Positions 8,614-21,600 of a DNA stretch of 23,617 nucleotides are shown in pieces (position 1 is the stretch's first letter; every line of letters begins with the position of its first letter). The notes under the pieces were generated by a model, which saw only the letters and a program-made list of their open reading frames with translations, ran no database searches and was not told where the DNA came from. Source of the stretch: Azolla caroliniana. Taxonomy: Eukaryota; Plantae; Polypodiophyta. The stretch spans positions 1-23,617 of the forward strand of contig JBHGNT010000471.1 in the NCBI GenBank assembly GCA_043228905.1, written 5' to 3'. The translations under genes were made by a program, and so were the position numbers.

Positions 8614-10210
8614 ATGGGCAGCTCCCTTTCGACGGAAAAGCTCGACAGGAGAAACTACACATCTTGGCCGTACAAGATGCACTAGTCAATGCTCGGACAC
8701 TGGAGCTATGTCGAAGGAGCTAACGATGCGGCACCGGAACAGAGATTTCCCAACTTGGGAGCAAGCACCAAGCCAAGTCTTGTATTGCTTTGCCTTGTGT
8801 GTCCATAACCACATGCTTGGGTACATCAGGAATGCGAAGTCCCCGAAGAATACTTGGGGGAACCTGTAGAGGGTCTTCGTCGCCAACACCGCATCCTGTA
8901 AGTTGCAACTTAGACAAGAGTTCAACAACCTCCGACAAGGAGGAATGTAGGTAACTGACTATACCATGAAGACTATAAGATATTTGTGATGCAATTGGGT
9001 CCATCAACGTGACTGTGGATGAAGATGAGGTGGTGCAAATCTACCTGGGTGGGTTAGCTCAGAAGTACGGGCCGATTTAGACGGTTATCTGCACAAGGGA
9101 GAAGCTTCCTTCGTTTTTAGACTTGTAGTTGATGCTCCTTGTAGAGAAGAACCACATAGGTGCGTCAAGGAGCACACACACCCACAACAAGATGTTGTAC
9201 ATGGAGGTGGATTGGCCCCATGGTTGTGGAGAACGAGGTGGGTCGACACGAAATGGAGGTGGCCGGCAAGAGCAGAATCAGAGGCATAGAGGAAGTATCG
9301 ACAATAGTGGACCCTCTACGAGTAGGGGGACTTAGGATGGCATCGGAAGTCGGCAAGGGAAAGCCATGGACTATTGAACTATGGCCAAAAGGGCCACAAA
9401 GAAAGCGAATGTTGGAAGAAGTGTGTTGATTCAGAAAAAATTGCATCAAGCGTAGTTGACTCTGATAGATGGTAGTGAGAGTCGAAATAGCTAGGGATCG
9501 TCGAAACTAGCTACAACACCCCTCACCCCATCGAACATATTAGAGACGTCCCTCTAAGCCATGTTGGCCAGGGAGGAATTATGAGGAACATCTTGCACGT
9601 TTTGACGATCACCAAAAACATGGTGTTGGTCAGACATATCGTCGATCAAGGGATGCATGTCAAGTTCACTCATCTCGGGTGCTTCATCAAGGAAGAAGGC
9701 CAGATCATCGCACAAGGGCGCTGAGAGGGAAGGATGTTAATCTTTGAGACAAATGATGTCAGCGCCACAATGTTCGCCAAAGTACAGAAAGTCGAATCGG
9801 ATATCAACTTATGACACAAGCAGATCGACCACGTCAACTTCCCACGGCTTCAAGAGATGCAAACGAAGAACATAATTTTCGGATTGTTGAAATTCAGTGG
9901 CCGAAAAAGCCAAGTCTATGAAGCCTGGTAGTTAGGGAAGCAGTGCCGGCTTCATTTCCCCAACGAGCATAATCGAAACTTAAATGAGCTCAATTTGATA
10001 CACTCGGATGTGTAGGGACCGGCACAAAACATGAGCATCGGAGGGAGCCGATATTTCGTGACCTTCATCAATGACTTCACTCGAATCACCTGGGCATGTT
10101 TATTTGAGAAGAAGAGTGAAGTCATCTCTTGCTTCTTGAAGGTGAAGGAGACATGCAACAAGATTAAGTATCTCAGGACCAATGGTGGAAAGGAATACCT
10201 TTTTAAAGGT
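8614..10210 (+). pseudogene. Degenerate Ty1/copia gag-protease-integrase (N-terminal part)
   Basis: MGSSLSTEKLDRRNYTSWPYKMH gag start, LHVLTITKNMVLV, and LIHSDV*GP..SIGGSRYFVTFINDFTRITW...LRTNGGKEY integrase. Many stops and frameshifts; cut off by the LTR at 10211. Confidence 0.88.
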
Positions 10211-10564
10211 TGTTGATCCGATTCTAATCTATCAAGTGAGGAACAATCTCAGCATCTCTTTGTGATGAAGATTGTCAGGGAATAGGGAGAATCAAATTGA
10301 TAATAACATAAAACAAGATCAACGAGGAAACAAGGAGAAAAGAGACAACATAGTAGGCACAAACAAGATGTAAGTATATTATTCTCAAAGAGTTACAGTG
10401 GCACAATGTACAAGATGAACAACCTTAACACTAGGTTCCAAGAGTCAATTTAAATACTGACTGACTTAGGGCAACTGCCCTTTACATTATTTACAAGAGT
10501 AGTCTAAACCTAGTGTGTCCAATGGAACAATGTGAATACATCCATTAGAGACCCGTATTCGACA
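10211..10564 (-). mobile_element. 3' LTR of a minus-strand copia element
   Basis: TGTTGA...TCGACA termini; adjacent CTCCCTCA is the polypurine tract on the minus strand. The right end is similar to the LTR at 18256-18607. Confidence 0.85.
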
Positions 10565-12225
10565 CTCCCTCATAATGGGCGTATACAACAGAGGATCTGT
10601 AACAAGAATTACGGATTTATACAAGGTTGTCGAACAATTCGGTTTTGTTCAAGTTGGCAAAATTCGAGAATAGAAGGCTCAGTCAATTGGGGTCAGAAGA
10701 GTTGAGGCCGAACTTCGAACTATCGATGTTGTTTATCCAAAACCATCCTGCATGTCCGACGCAATCGGACTAATTCTTCGTTACGCCCATCTACTACCAA
10801 AGGGATCGGAATTGATCTGCGACATTATTGGCTATAGGTATCTTCTGGAGGCCGATTTTCCCTAAAATGACATAGTCCCGAACAAAGTGATATCTCACGT
10901 CTATATGCTTCGAGGTGTTGTGTTGAACCGAATTTCTCGACAATGGGACAGTACGCTAACTGTCACTGTAGACAAGTAGAGCCAAGTCGAAATCAACTTG
11001 TCGAAACATGCGAGCCAACCGACCGAGCCATAAAGCCTCTTTCACCGCATCGGATATGGCAACATATTCGGCCTCGGTTGTTGACGTAGCAGTGCACTTG
11101 TTACGACATAGTGATGTGTCCGTGACAGCATTCCTGAAGTTTCGACTTCCACGAGATTGCTCCATTGCCGAATTTAAAGCAATATCTAGTTGTCGACTTT
11201 CGACTACCTATGCAACTGGCAATGTCCGAGACGGTATAACTAGCTACGCCTGAAGTGTCGTTCGGACTGAATAGGATGCCATAGTCTTTTTTGCCCACCA
11301 GATATCTGAACACATGCTTTATTGCATTCCAATGCGATCAGTCGAGATTCTGCATAAATGTGTTGACGACTCCTACAGCATGAGCAATGTCAAGCCATGT
11401 CACGACCATCAGGTACATCAAGGAGCTGACTGCCAATGCATACGGTACCGACATCATAACTTCCCCCTTCGGACCAGATGTCGGACAATCTCGCTAAGAC
11501 AGCCAAAGACTCACAGCCGAAGTAGATTTGGTTGATTGCATGTTGAAGTGTTCTAAGACACGTCCAATATAGTCGGCTTGAGACAGAAACAGTTGTCGTC
11601 GAGTTCGAATATGACTTATCCTCATCTCTAGAATGTGTCTTGCCGGACCAAGGTTCTTCATGCCAAACTTCAACCGCAGTTGCCGAACAAGTTCAGCGAG
11701 CTCTCCGGCATGTCGACCGGAGAGTAGCATGTCATCCACATAAATGATGAGGAAGATGGGTGACCCAACTTGAGTTGTTTTGGTGAAGAGGCAGTGATCC
11801 TCATCATTCTTGGATAAGCCGACTGATTGGATGAAGTCGTCAAACTTCTTGTACCACTGTCTCGATGCCTGTTTCAGGCCGTAAAGACTCTTTCTGAGTC
11901 GGTAGACTACATGTTCTTGGCCGGATACCATGAAGCCTTTCGGTTGCACCATAGAAATTTCCTCCTCTAGGTTAGCCTGGAGGAAGTTGTTTTGACATCT
12001 AGCGGAATCAACTCCAAGTTCTCGACAGCCAGGACGCCGACCATAAAAGCGAAGGGTTGTCATTTTCACCACCGGTGAAAAGATTTCGTCAAAATCGACA
12101 CCATATTGTGACGCACTCTTTTAGTCTATAGACCCACTTGAATGGAAGAACACGTCGATTCTTCGGTAATTCGACCAAGTCCCAAGTCTTATTTTGCCGA
12201 ATGGAGTTCATTTCCGACGCCTTCA
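10565..12225 (-). pseudogene. Degenerate copia RT/RNase H, 5'-truncated
   Basis: LRKSLYGLKQASRQWY, IYVDDML, AISWKSKLQ, STTEAEYVA, with frameshifts and deletions. Visibly homologous to 18608-20310. Confidence 0.92.
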
Positions 12226-13109
12226 ACATTTATACTCATCAATGCAAAGATTAGTTTTTGCTAAAGAAATTTGATGACATGTAATGTAGTCCAATCAAAG
12301 CTTTATAATCTTTTAAATCAAATCTTCATACAACTACATCCTCATGGCATCAACCGACATATCTAACCTCATAACACCAAGTCTAAGTTTGTTTATACCA
12401 TTGCTCAAAAAAATAGCTCTAAATTTGGAAGATTTTGACCTTCGCTATAAAGCTCGAGGCTAGTTTTGAAGACAAGGATAATCGTCAAATGCTAGTGAGT
12501 CATGTTCAATATCAATATATGCATTTGAGTTGCTACAAGTTGCCTCGAAATCATGGTTGGAGTGGGTTGTATTGTCCGCCATGACTTTTTTTCCAAAGGG
12601 AGTTTGAAGCGATGTCATAACCCTCCAAGAGGGTATCATGTTTATGTTCCTTGTGGGGGTTTCATAATCGCCTATTTGAGTGACAAGATCTATAATAAGT
12701 TTCAATTCCATAGATACCAATGAATAGCTTTGTAAAGAATTGAATAGGAAAAAAGGGAACCTAGCTCTAAAGTTTAAACCAAGAGCAAGCCTCTAGGCAA
12801 CCTAAGACAAGAGTACTCGAGTCTACATGTTGTAAAGAATTGACAAGAAAAAAGTAGGTCTAAAATAAAGGAAAAGCAAATACTCTAGGCAAGCCAAGCC
12901 AAGAGTTACTCACAGGGCAAGGAAATCAATCAAGGTAAGACAAGGCACGAGTAATTGGATGATAAATTGGTGTTGATAGATATGCTTGAGAACAATAATC
13001 CCATGAGGCAGGCCACTTCTGTCATTGTCATCCGCAATTTAAGAAAAGACTTCTTTTGTTCATCATTTAAATCTGTCTGTGGTCCATCCCATAAGAGCAC
13101 AGATATCCC

Positions 13110-13156
13110 ATACATATATATGTGTGTATGTATGTATATATGTATGTATGTATGTA
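13110..13156. repeat. TA/TATG microsatellite
   Basis: atacatatatatgtgtgtatgtatgtatatatgtatgtatgtatgta. Confidence 0.85.
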
Positions 13157-13731
13157 TTATACCGCCATGCCAACTTTGGCTACAAAACCATTTCATTACT
13201 ATCACTCTGCAAAATATCGCCATTTGTGGTAGGTATCATCCATTACCAATTAACAGTTGAAAGCAAAACAGGGGAGAGGGGAAGGGGCTTTATAATGAGC
13301 ACCATTCTCCCTTTATTGTTAATCATTTCTGATACAATTAACAGTTCTTAGCAGGATTCTCTGGGCAGTATTCTCTTTTGTCATTACAAAACCAGCAAAA
13401 TGAATAAAACAAGTTCAGTAGAAAACATTTGTTTTGATGAATTAAGGTTAAAGGGAACAACAAAATCCAGCGCGAGCAGTAAAGGAACAAAACTGCTGAG
13501 CAAGGAGGAGATGACAAGTTGGTCAGTCCAATCATGAAGACACACTGTTGTTTCCTTAGACAGAAACCTACTAAAAATTTGTAGACCCATGTTGTAGAAC
13601 AGATTTAAATGATGGTATGATATAGTATATCTCTACTCCGTTACGTAGAGGAAAGCAATTAATGATGGATCACTAGAAGCATATTCCTTTCCTTCCCGAT
13701 GGATGAGTGAGAACCTTCTCTTTCATTCTAT

Positions 13732-15876
13732 CTACATTGCATATACACCACTCGGATCAGCATTTGCAACAATCCATGGATGAGTAAGAACTTTCTCTAG
13801 CGGAAGCCGTCGAGCTGAGTCCTTGACCAAAAGCTGTGTACCAAAAATATAATACATAGGGTCTTAATGCATAATTTTTTTCATTGGGAGAGAGAGAGGA
13901 TGTTTAAATCCTTGCATCACTTACCTGAGAGATAAGGTCTTTTGCCTGGAGTGATACAAATGGCTTGCTTGGGAACTTTAAGTCAACCTTCACAATTCTG
14001 CATGTGTGTAATCCATCATAAATAGCTCTCTAGTCATTTCGCTAATACAAACTCAAAAAGAACTGGCATGTGCATATATTTAATTTCGAATCATGTAAAT
14101 GTTAGTGGATTTAATGAACTGGATTACACAAAGCTAAGTGTGCTACATGCAGATTTTATAGAACTTTTGTAACTTTTCACAACTTTTGTAGCAGTAATTC
14201 TGTAGGACCCATGGCATTATGATACCTTCTGTAGGTATCCGAGTGTTTAACAGCTTCAAATGGTGGGGTACCATAGAGGAACTCATAACAGAGTACTCCC
14301 AGACTCCATATGTCGACGCCCGCATCATGATCCTTACTCTCAACTGCAAGATGTCAAAGAAATGTATGAGTTTTTAAGAATCTGACACCCATGAATCTTC
14401 AGGTATAAATTGTAAACAAGGAGGTGCCATGAATCTTGATAGTCACATTACCCATTTCGGGAGGAAGATAATCAAGGGTACCACACATAGTTCGGCGTCT
14501 GTCAAAAGTATGAACAGACCAACCAAAATCTGCAATCTTCAGCTCACCCTGTGTTGAACAAAAAAACAATATACATAAGCAAGAAGAAAAAATAGGAGTT
14601 TCCCAATCTCCAGAATTGGTGGTAATCCTAACATTGCTGTACTCAAAAACCATTATTCGGTTCATTTCTACATAAGTGCTTTAGAATGCAATACATCCTT
14701 AACAATATTTATTTACCTTGATTCCCATCAACAAATTCTCGGGCTTAATATCTCGATGTATTACGTGCTTTTCATGGCAGTACATCAATGCACGTGCCAA
14801 TGATGCAATATACTGCAAAACCAGATCACAGAATTAAAGTTTATCATCTACCACAATCGCACTAAGCCTAGATCAAATCAATGTTATTAGTGTGTTTTGT
14901 AAACGAATGTATTTACGAATTACCGTCGCAGATCTTCTCTCGCTGAAGACCTTGAAGCGTTGGAGTTCTTTGTATAGTTCACCTTTTGGGGCATACTCGA
15001 GAATCAAATACACACGAGTCTGAAATGAGATATGGACCAAGAATGTCAGCATACTGTCGTGATTCTCAGCCGTTGTGTGTGTCTGTGTGTGTGTGTGTAC
15101 ATACAGAGAGAAGAGTTGCCAAAGATGAGGGCTTTTATTTACCACATCGTAGAAGTAACCATAAAGGCGTAATATGTTGGGATGCCTGAGATGACTCTGG
15201 ATTTCAATCTCTCTCCTTAGCTGATGTTCCACCTGCGATTGCTGCAACTGATTCTTGAATAACACCTTCAACGCGACGACGTACTTGCTCTATCGTAATG
15301 TAATTCGCAGGAAAGCACAATCAGAAAGAATAAGGAGGAGTGAATGAGTAGGAATGAAACTGAAGACTTAAATTTAAGGCGGGAAGGCCAAACTTCTAGA
15401 AGAAGAAAGAATCAGGTGAGACATGAAGCCAAAAAAATGAAAGGCGCCTCTCTACCTTCTTCTCCCTTGCTAGGTATACGTTTCCGAATTTCCCTCGCCC
15501 CAGCGGTTTCCCAATGTCGAAATCACTCAACGTCCACCTTCGCTCACCAATGTCGCCATTCTTCGCCGCCTGCTCCTCCTCAGATCTACTCATCTGTTTA
15601 TTTGAACAGAGAAGTTGAAGGTTAGGGTTTAGCTCTGTGAGCAAATATAACTTGCAGACAGAAATACCAATTACTCGAGAACCAGCTACACATCTCTGCA
15701 AATGAATGCACACACGTTCAATGAACATTTATGTCCATGTAACCAAGCAAGAGAGAAGACAGAAATCAGAGATAGAAGCTCTACCGATATACTAAAATGA
15801 TGAGTTTAGAACAGACACGAGCACAAGAGAAAAAATTTGCAGAGAAACTTGCCTTCGAATCTGAAGGCGCAACCAT
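13732..15876 (-). CDS. AUR: Aurora serine/threonine kinase, nine coding exons, 296 aa
   Basis: Exons 15876-15853, 15593-15456, 15289-15143, 15019-14924, 14812-14717, 14548-14452, 14343-14226, 13997-13925, 13833-13732 total 891 nt in frame. Motifs: [75 protein letters not shown]. The first exon uses a GC donor and is less certain; an alternative start is ATG at 15593. Confidence 0.96.
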
Positions 15877-16264
15877 AGTGTCTCAAAACACGGAGAATCT
15901 TCTGAGAATACGTATTCAGGAAGAGAAGGCCCCGCAATGATGCCCCGAGAAACAGAAGTGGCTATTTGTGAACGACCACACTAATCGTTTCTGCGAGCAT
16001 CCATGGATGAAATCAGATCATTGAAGCCAGTGTTATAAGCAGGAGGAGGAGGTCGGAGGTCGGGGAATCTGATGTTTGTGAGGAGCCAGGAACATGGAAG
16101 AAGCAAAACAAGAAAGAGTTGCAGGAAATAAAAGGTTCTACTCCATGAGTAGAAAGAGTGAGTTGAGTGATGAGCACTGGAAGGCCGGATCTGGAGCTAG
16201 AGAAGTTGTTATTGTGTGCAGAGTAGAGACAGAAAAATGAAGCTGAGTCACACTCACTGACTGT

Positions 16265-16292
16265 GCGATGGCGATGGCGATGGCGATGGCGA
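16265..16292. repeat. (GCGATG)n hexamer repeat in the Aurora 5' region
   Basis: gcgatg gcgatg gcgatg gcgatg gcga. Confidence 0.9.
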
Positions 16293-16448
16293 GAGCAGCA
16301 GGGCTGAAGGAGCAGAGCAGAGATAGATAGGGAGGGAATGCCGCTTCTTTAGTTTTTTGAACGTTCAGGATGGTCACCGGTGCTTGCCGGTTTCATGCCG
16401 TTGCATCCCGGTTTAGCAGGTAAACTTTCTCTTGGTCGACTCATACAT

Positions 16449-16512
16449 GCATGGGCTCTATAGTCGATACTACATTTACAGAGGCATGGGCTCTATAGTC
16501 GATACTACATTT
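16449..16512. repeat. 29-bp perfect direct repeat upstream of Aurora
   Basis: GCATGGGCTCTATAGTCGATACTACATTT at 16449 and 16484. Confidence 0.92.
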
Positions 16513-16908
16513 TACATATGTACATATATGTATCTATACATATCTACGTATCTATCATGTCCATTGCATACGCTCGTGACTAACTGCTACCAAATATTAC
16601 AGAGGGCAAGTGAGGGAATTGCGGAGAGGGACGGTGCAGGTCGCACTGCTGATGGCGTGTTCGATCTCCACCGTCCAAGATGGATAAAAAGCTGACAATG
16701 TCTGTCACAAGGAGCCCGACTCTGTAGCAACAAACATCAAAAACTCCACAAAATTGTAAGTGTACAACAAATATTTGCCATGAAACTGATCATAAAATTT
16801 CTCAAAAAAACCTAAAGATTCAAATAACAAGTCTTTACATAAAATATTAAAATGTCAAATATTGACAACCCTAAAATGAAATATGAATATACACGTTACA
16901 TATTAAGA

Positions 16909-18255
16909 TTATGGCTCATGTCGGGATGATTGCAAGATGGAACCACAATTTTTACAACATGTAACATTGGAGTCCCTTGAAGTCAAGGTCAAGCCATCGC
17001 AACGCAAACACCGAACCTTCTCATGGTCAACCAATGGCAATCTCCTCCTAGCCCGACTAGCACCTCTTTGTAGTTTCCTGGAGTGGGATTTGGAAGTGTT
17101 TGGGGAGCTGCCAATAAGTTATTGCGAGATGTCTATTGTTGCACTTCTTTTGGCACCGATTTGTTGGTTGCAACTTATTGATCTACCATCTTCTTCATTG
17201 GTTGATTTTGGTGCACCAACGCGATACACCTTCTCAGCCACATCTTCCAATGTTTGTATACCTTCGACAATAGTTGCACGGTCGAAGGTTCCTAACCCTT
17301 GTTCGAGACATTGAAGTGCTTTCACAACCGTTTGTATTTTGGACTTGAATGATTCAATCTCGGATGTTGTGGGGTTTGTCTCCTTTACTTGCTCTACCTC
17401 TGCCTCCACTTCTATTTCTGTATTATGGTTCATTCGCATTTGGGTTGCGTGATCTATAAAAAGCAATGAGCCACATAAATGTGGCATATGCCTCTCAATA
17501 ATCATTCGGATACCAAGTAAATGCTTACATTTAGTCACAATGTCTTGGCAATCACAATATGAGCATTGGAGTGAGATGTTATACCATAGAGTGGGAGTCG
17601 TCATGCTCAAGATTCTAAACCAATATCGGGCCTCGTCGACAATTTCAATTGTGGAAGTATTGTCGACATACCTTTCCAATATTCCCTCCGCTTCTTTAAG
17701 TCAGGACCTTTGATCCCTACAATTCGCACGGGGTGCAAACCGACCACTCTCACATATTTCTTGTCGTTGCTTGTACCACTCTATTACTGTTCCTCCTATG
17801 CAAGTGCCAGTTTCACTGTCCCCGATTAAGACATGCAGAAGGTCCGTAATTGATCGGTTTATTCTTCCCCTCAAGGCAGTATACTTGATAAACTGCCAAT
17901 GTCTTTCCACAATATTGGTAGTGTCAACGTGTCCATAGTTGAACATTCTACCAAACTTGGGCCAGAGTTTCCTCCACACACATGTCAAACCACAACATCC
18001 TCCTTCTATATATTGTCAAACATCGGGCTTGTCCGCATATTCCACCTTTAACTCCTCACATGTTGCATTCAATGATGATTCAGTAATGCATTGCATCGGT
18101 TGGCACATTCATTGATAAAAATGGCTTCTCTCATTTGCACTTACTTTTGGCAACAAGTTGTCCACCCATGACTTTTTGGCGTGAAACTGACACAACAAAA
18201 GTCGACAATGTGTTTGGGACTGTTGCCCATTTACAACAATCCAAGATTGACGATC
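16909..18255 (-). pseudogene. MULE/Mutator-like transposase C-terminal half with SWIM zinc finger, interrupted by a copia insertion
   Basis: One frame: RLLLCQFHAKKSW (MULE C..H motif), DTTNIVERHWQFIKY (catalytic Glu region), CSYCDC...CKH (SWIM), and C-terminal CLRC..CKNC. Four in-frame stops; cut at 18255 by an LTR. Confidence 0.85.
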
Positions 18256-18607
18256 TGTTGCAACCACATTAGTTATGGCATTATATGATGTCCAACATGT
18301 TGGGAGACAAGGCCGTCAATGCGGAAGTGCAAGCAACATTCGTGATGAAGAAGAACTTGTGTATGCGAATGAAACAAGATAGACACAGAGAAAGAAAGAG
18401 AGAGATAGGCACAAAATGGAACGTTATATTCCAATAGCAATAGTTACAAAGAATAGCAACCAACAACCTTTTCTAAAGGTTACAAAGTCACTTTATATAG
18501 TGATTGTCCTAGGGCAATTGCCCTTTATGCTATTTACAGAAATAGCCCAAACTTGGGTTGTCCAAAGGGACAATGTGAATACGGCCATTATACACTCGTA
18601 TTCAACA
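18256..18607 (-). mobile_element. 3' LTR of a minus-strand copia element
   Basis: Perfect TGTTG...CAACA termini; CTCCCCT polypurine tract adjacent; TATATAAA on the minus strand near 18492-18499. Confidence 0.9.
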
Positions 18608-21600
18608 CTCCCCTGTAATGGGCGTATACATGGGTTATCAAAAGAATTACAGGTATATATACAAGGTTTATCGGATAGATCGGTTTTGTCAGAGTCTGCA
18701 AGATCCGAAGATAGAAGACCGAACCAGTCGGGTCGGAAGAGCTCAAGCCGATCCTCAAAGAACCGATGTCGGTGGTCCGAAACCATCCTGTGCTATGTGT
18801 CCGACTTTAACCGGACCAATTTTTCGTTACGCCCATCTGGTGCCGAAGGGACCGGAAACGATCCGCCGAAAGACACTTGGTCATTCCATCTGCGACATTG
18901 TCGGTTGTGGATATCTTCTCTAGACCGATTTTCCCTGAAATGACACAATCCCGAACGAAGTGATATCGAATGTCGATATGCTTGGAGGTGTTGTGGTGAA
19001 CTAGATTTTTTGACAAAGCAACAACACCCTGACTGTCGTTGTAGCCGAGTCTGAGTTGACTTGTTGAAACGTGCGCGCCAGCCAACCGAGCCATAAAGCT
19101 CCTTTTGCCGCGTTAGACGCAACTACATATTCCGCTTCGGTCGTTGAGGTGGTTGTGCACTCCTAAAGTTTTGACTTCCACGAGATTGCTCCATTGCCGA
19201 ATTTGAAGCAATATCCGGTTGTTAATTTTCGACTGTCCACGCAGCCGACGAAGTCCGAGTCGGTGTAACCGACTACGCCTGAGGTTGAGTTCGGGCCAAA
19301 AAGAATTGCGTGGTCTTTTGTGCCAGCTAGATATCTGAACACATCATGCTTGACTGCGTTCCAGTGCGATCGGCTTGGGTTCTGCATGAATCTGCTGACG
19401 ACTCCTACGGGGTGAGAAATATCAGCCCGTGTTGAGACCATCGCGTACATAAGGGAGCTGACTGCCGGTGCATACGGTACCGACTTCATACTTCCCCCTC
19501 TGGACCAGATATCAGGCAGTCTCGCTAAGATAGCCGAAGGTTAAGGGGGAGCAGGGTCGAAGCAGACTTGGCCGAGTGCATGTTGAAGCGTTCCAAGACA
19601 CATCCGATGTAGTCGGATTGAGACAAGAAAAGTTGGCGTTTATCACGATGCCGACTAATCTTCATACCGAGTATGTGTCTTGCCGGACCGAGGTCCTTCA
19701 TGGCAAACTTCAAACACAGTTTCCGAACAAGTTCGGTGAGCTCTTTGGCATGTCAACCGGAGAGTAGCATGTCGTCCACGTAGATGATCAGGAAGACGGG
19801 AGACCCGTCTTGAGCTGTTTTGGTGAAGAGTCAGTGGTCCTCGTCGCTCTTTGAGAAGCCGATCGATTGGATGAAGTCGTCGAACTTCTTGTACCACTGT
19901 CGGGGTGCCTGTTGCAGGCCGTAGAGACTCTTCCTAAGTCGACAGACTAGATGTTCCTGGCCGGTGGTCATGAAGCCTTTCGGCTGCTCCATATAGATTT
20001 CCTCCTGTAGGTCACCATGGAGGAATGCCGTTTTTACATCTAGCTAAAACAACTCCAAGTTGTCGGCGGCCATGACGCCATGCATGAAACGAAGGGTTGT
20101 CATTTTCACCACTAGTGAAAAGATTTCGTCGAAGTCGACGCCATATTCTTGTCGAAATCCCTTTGCAACTAATCTGGCCTTGTACTTTGGGTTGGTCGAG
20201 TCGGACGTCTCTTTTAGTCGATAGACCCACTTACATGGAAGAGCACGTCGATTCTTCAGTAATTCGACCAAGTCCCAAGTCTTGTTTGTCCGAATGGAGT
20301 GCATTTTCGACTCCATCGCCAGATGCCATGTGGTTGAATCAGCAGATGCCAACGCTTCTTCGTAAGACGTCGGTTCACCGGCGTCGGTAAAGAAAATTTT
20401 GGGGGAGTACCTTTCCGGAGGTTGCGACAGTCTCTCGGATCTGCGAGGTATGACTGGACTAGTTGCACCGGGTGTCGATGTCGGATGGTCGGGAGCCGAG
20501 CCATTCGGTTGTGCTGAATCGGTGGATTCGGTGCGAGAGTTGTTGGTTACCCGTGAAACCGATCTCGTGTTGTGGGTTGGGCCTTCATGAAGGGTTGGCA
20601 CTTCAGAAAATATTACCCTTCGGACTTCAATATTCCTTTCGGCTGTTTTATGCATAGTCAACTCATTGAACACGACGTCCGAACTTCGGACGATTTGTTT
20701 GTGCTCGGGGTCCCAGAGTCGGTATCAGATCTCGCTGGCGGGTCCATATCCAAGGAAAACGCATTTCCTTGATCTTGGTTCGTGTTTCCAGCGATCGTCT
20801 TTCGGTATGAGGGCGTATGCCTCGCAACCGAAGATCCTCAGCTTGTCATAATTCGGCTTACTGCCGGTCCATATTTCCTGAGGTATTTGAAGTCCTAGAG
20901 GTCTACTTAGCGACATATTTATTATGTGTATTGCCGTGAGTAGAGCCTCAACCCAGAAGCCATCCGACAGTCCGGAGTGTTGGAGCATAGATACTACGCG
21001 TTCTTAAATCGTCTGATTCATGCGTTCTGCAATTCCGTTCTGCTCCGGACTATAGGGTGTTGTATATTCACATCGAATGTCGTGTTCCCAGCAAAATTTA
21101 ACGAATTCTTCAGATTTGAATTCCCCTCCATTGTCGGTTCGGAGACATTTCAGTTTCTGACCGGTCTGATTTTCGACCATTGCAAGCCATTCGGAGAAGA
21201 TCGAGAACACCCGATCTTTGGTTCTAATGGGGTAAGCCCACACCTTCCGAGTCGAGTCGTCAATAAAACTGACGAAGTACGAAGCACCGCCGAGAGACTG
21301 ATGTGGCATCGGGCCACAGACGTCCGAGTGGACCAAATCGAGGGGACTCGATTCTCTTAGTGCTGATGTCGGGTGTGATGCGGCTACCTATTTGCCGTAC
21401 TAGCAATGCTCGCAGAATTGGTGATCCGAGAAGGAGAGTTTGGGGATGTAACCGGCTCTAGATAGATGCGTTATGCCAGCCTTGCTAAGGTGTCCAAGTC
21501 GCCCGTGCCATAACAATGACAAGGGGATATCAACCAGAAATAAGTCACCCTCTTTGAGTGTGACATATAAAGGGTACAAAGAGTGTACCTTTGGTCCTCG

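Noticed and set aside
12930-13590. Several 65-101 aa ORFs
   Set aside because: They span a microsatellite and the Aurora 3' flank and show no protein motifs.
10211-18607. The two copia LTRs as a pair enclosing a captured Aurora gene
   Set aside because: Both are 3' LTRs with their own PPT and RT/RNase H on the right, and they are too diverged to be a pair. Aurora retains its introns.
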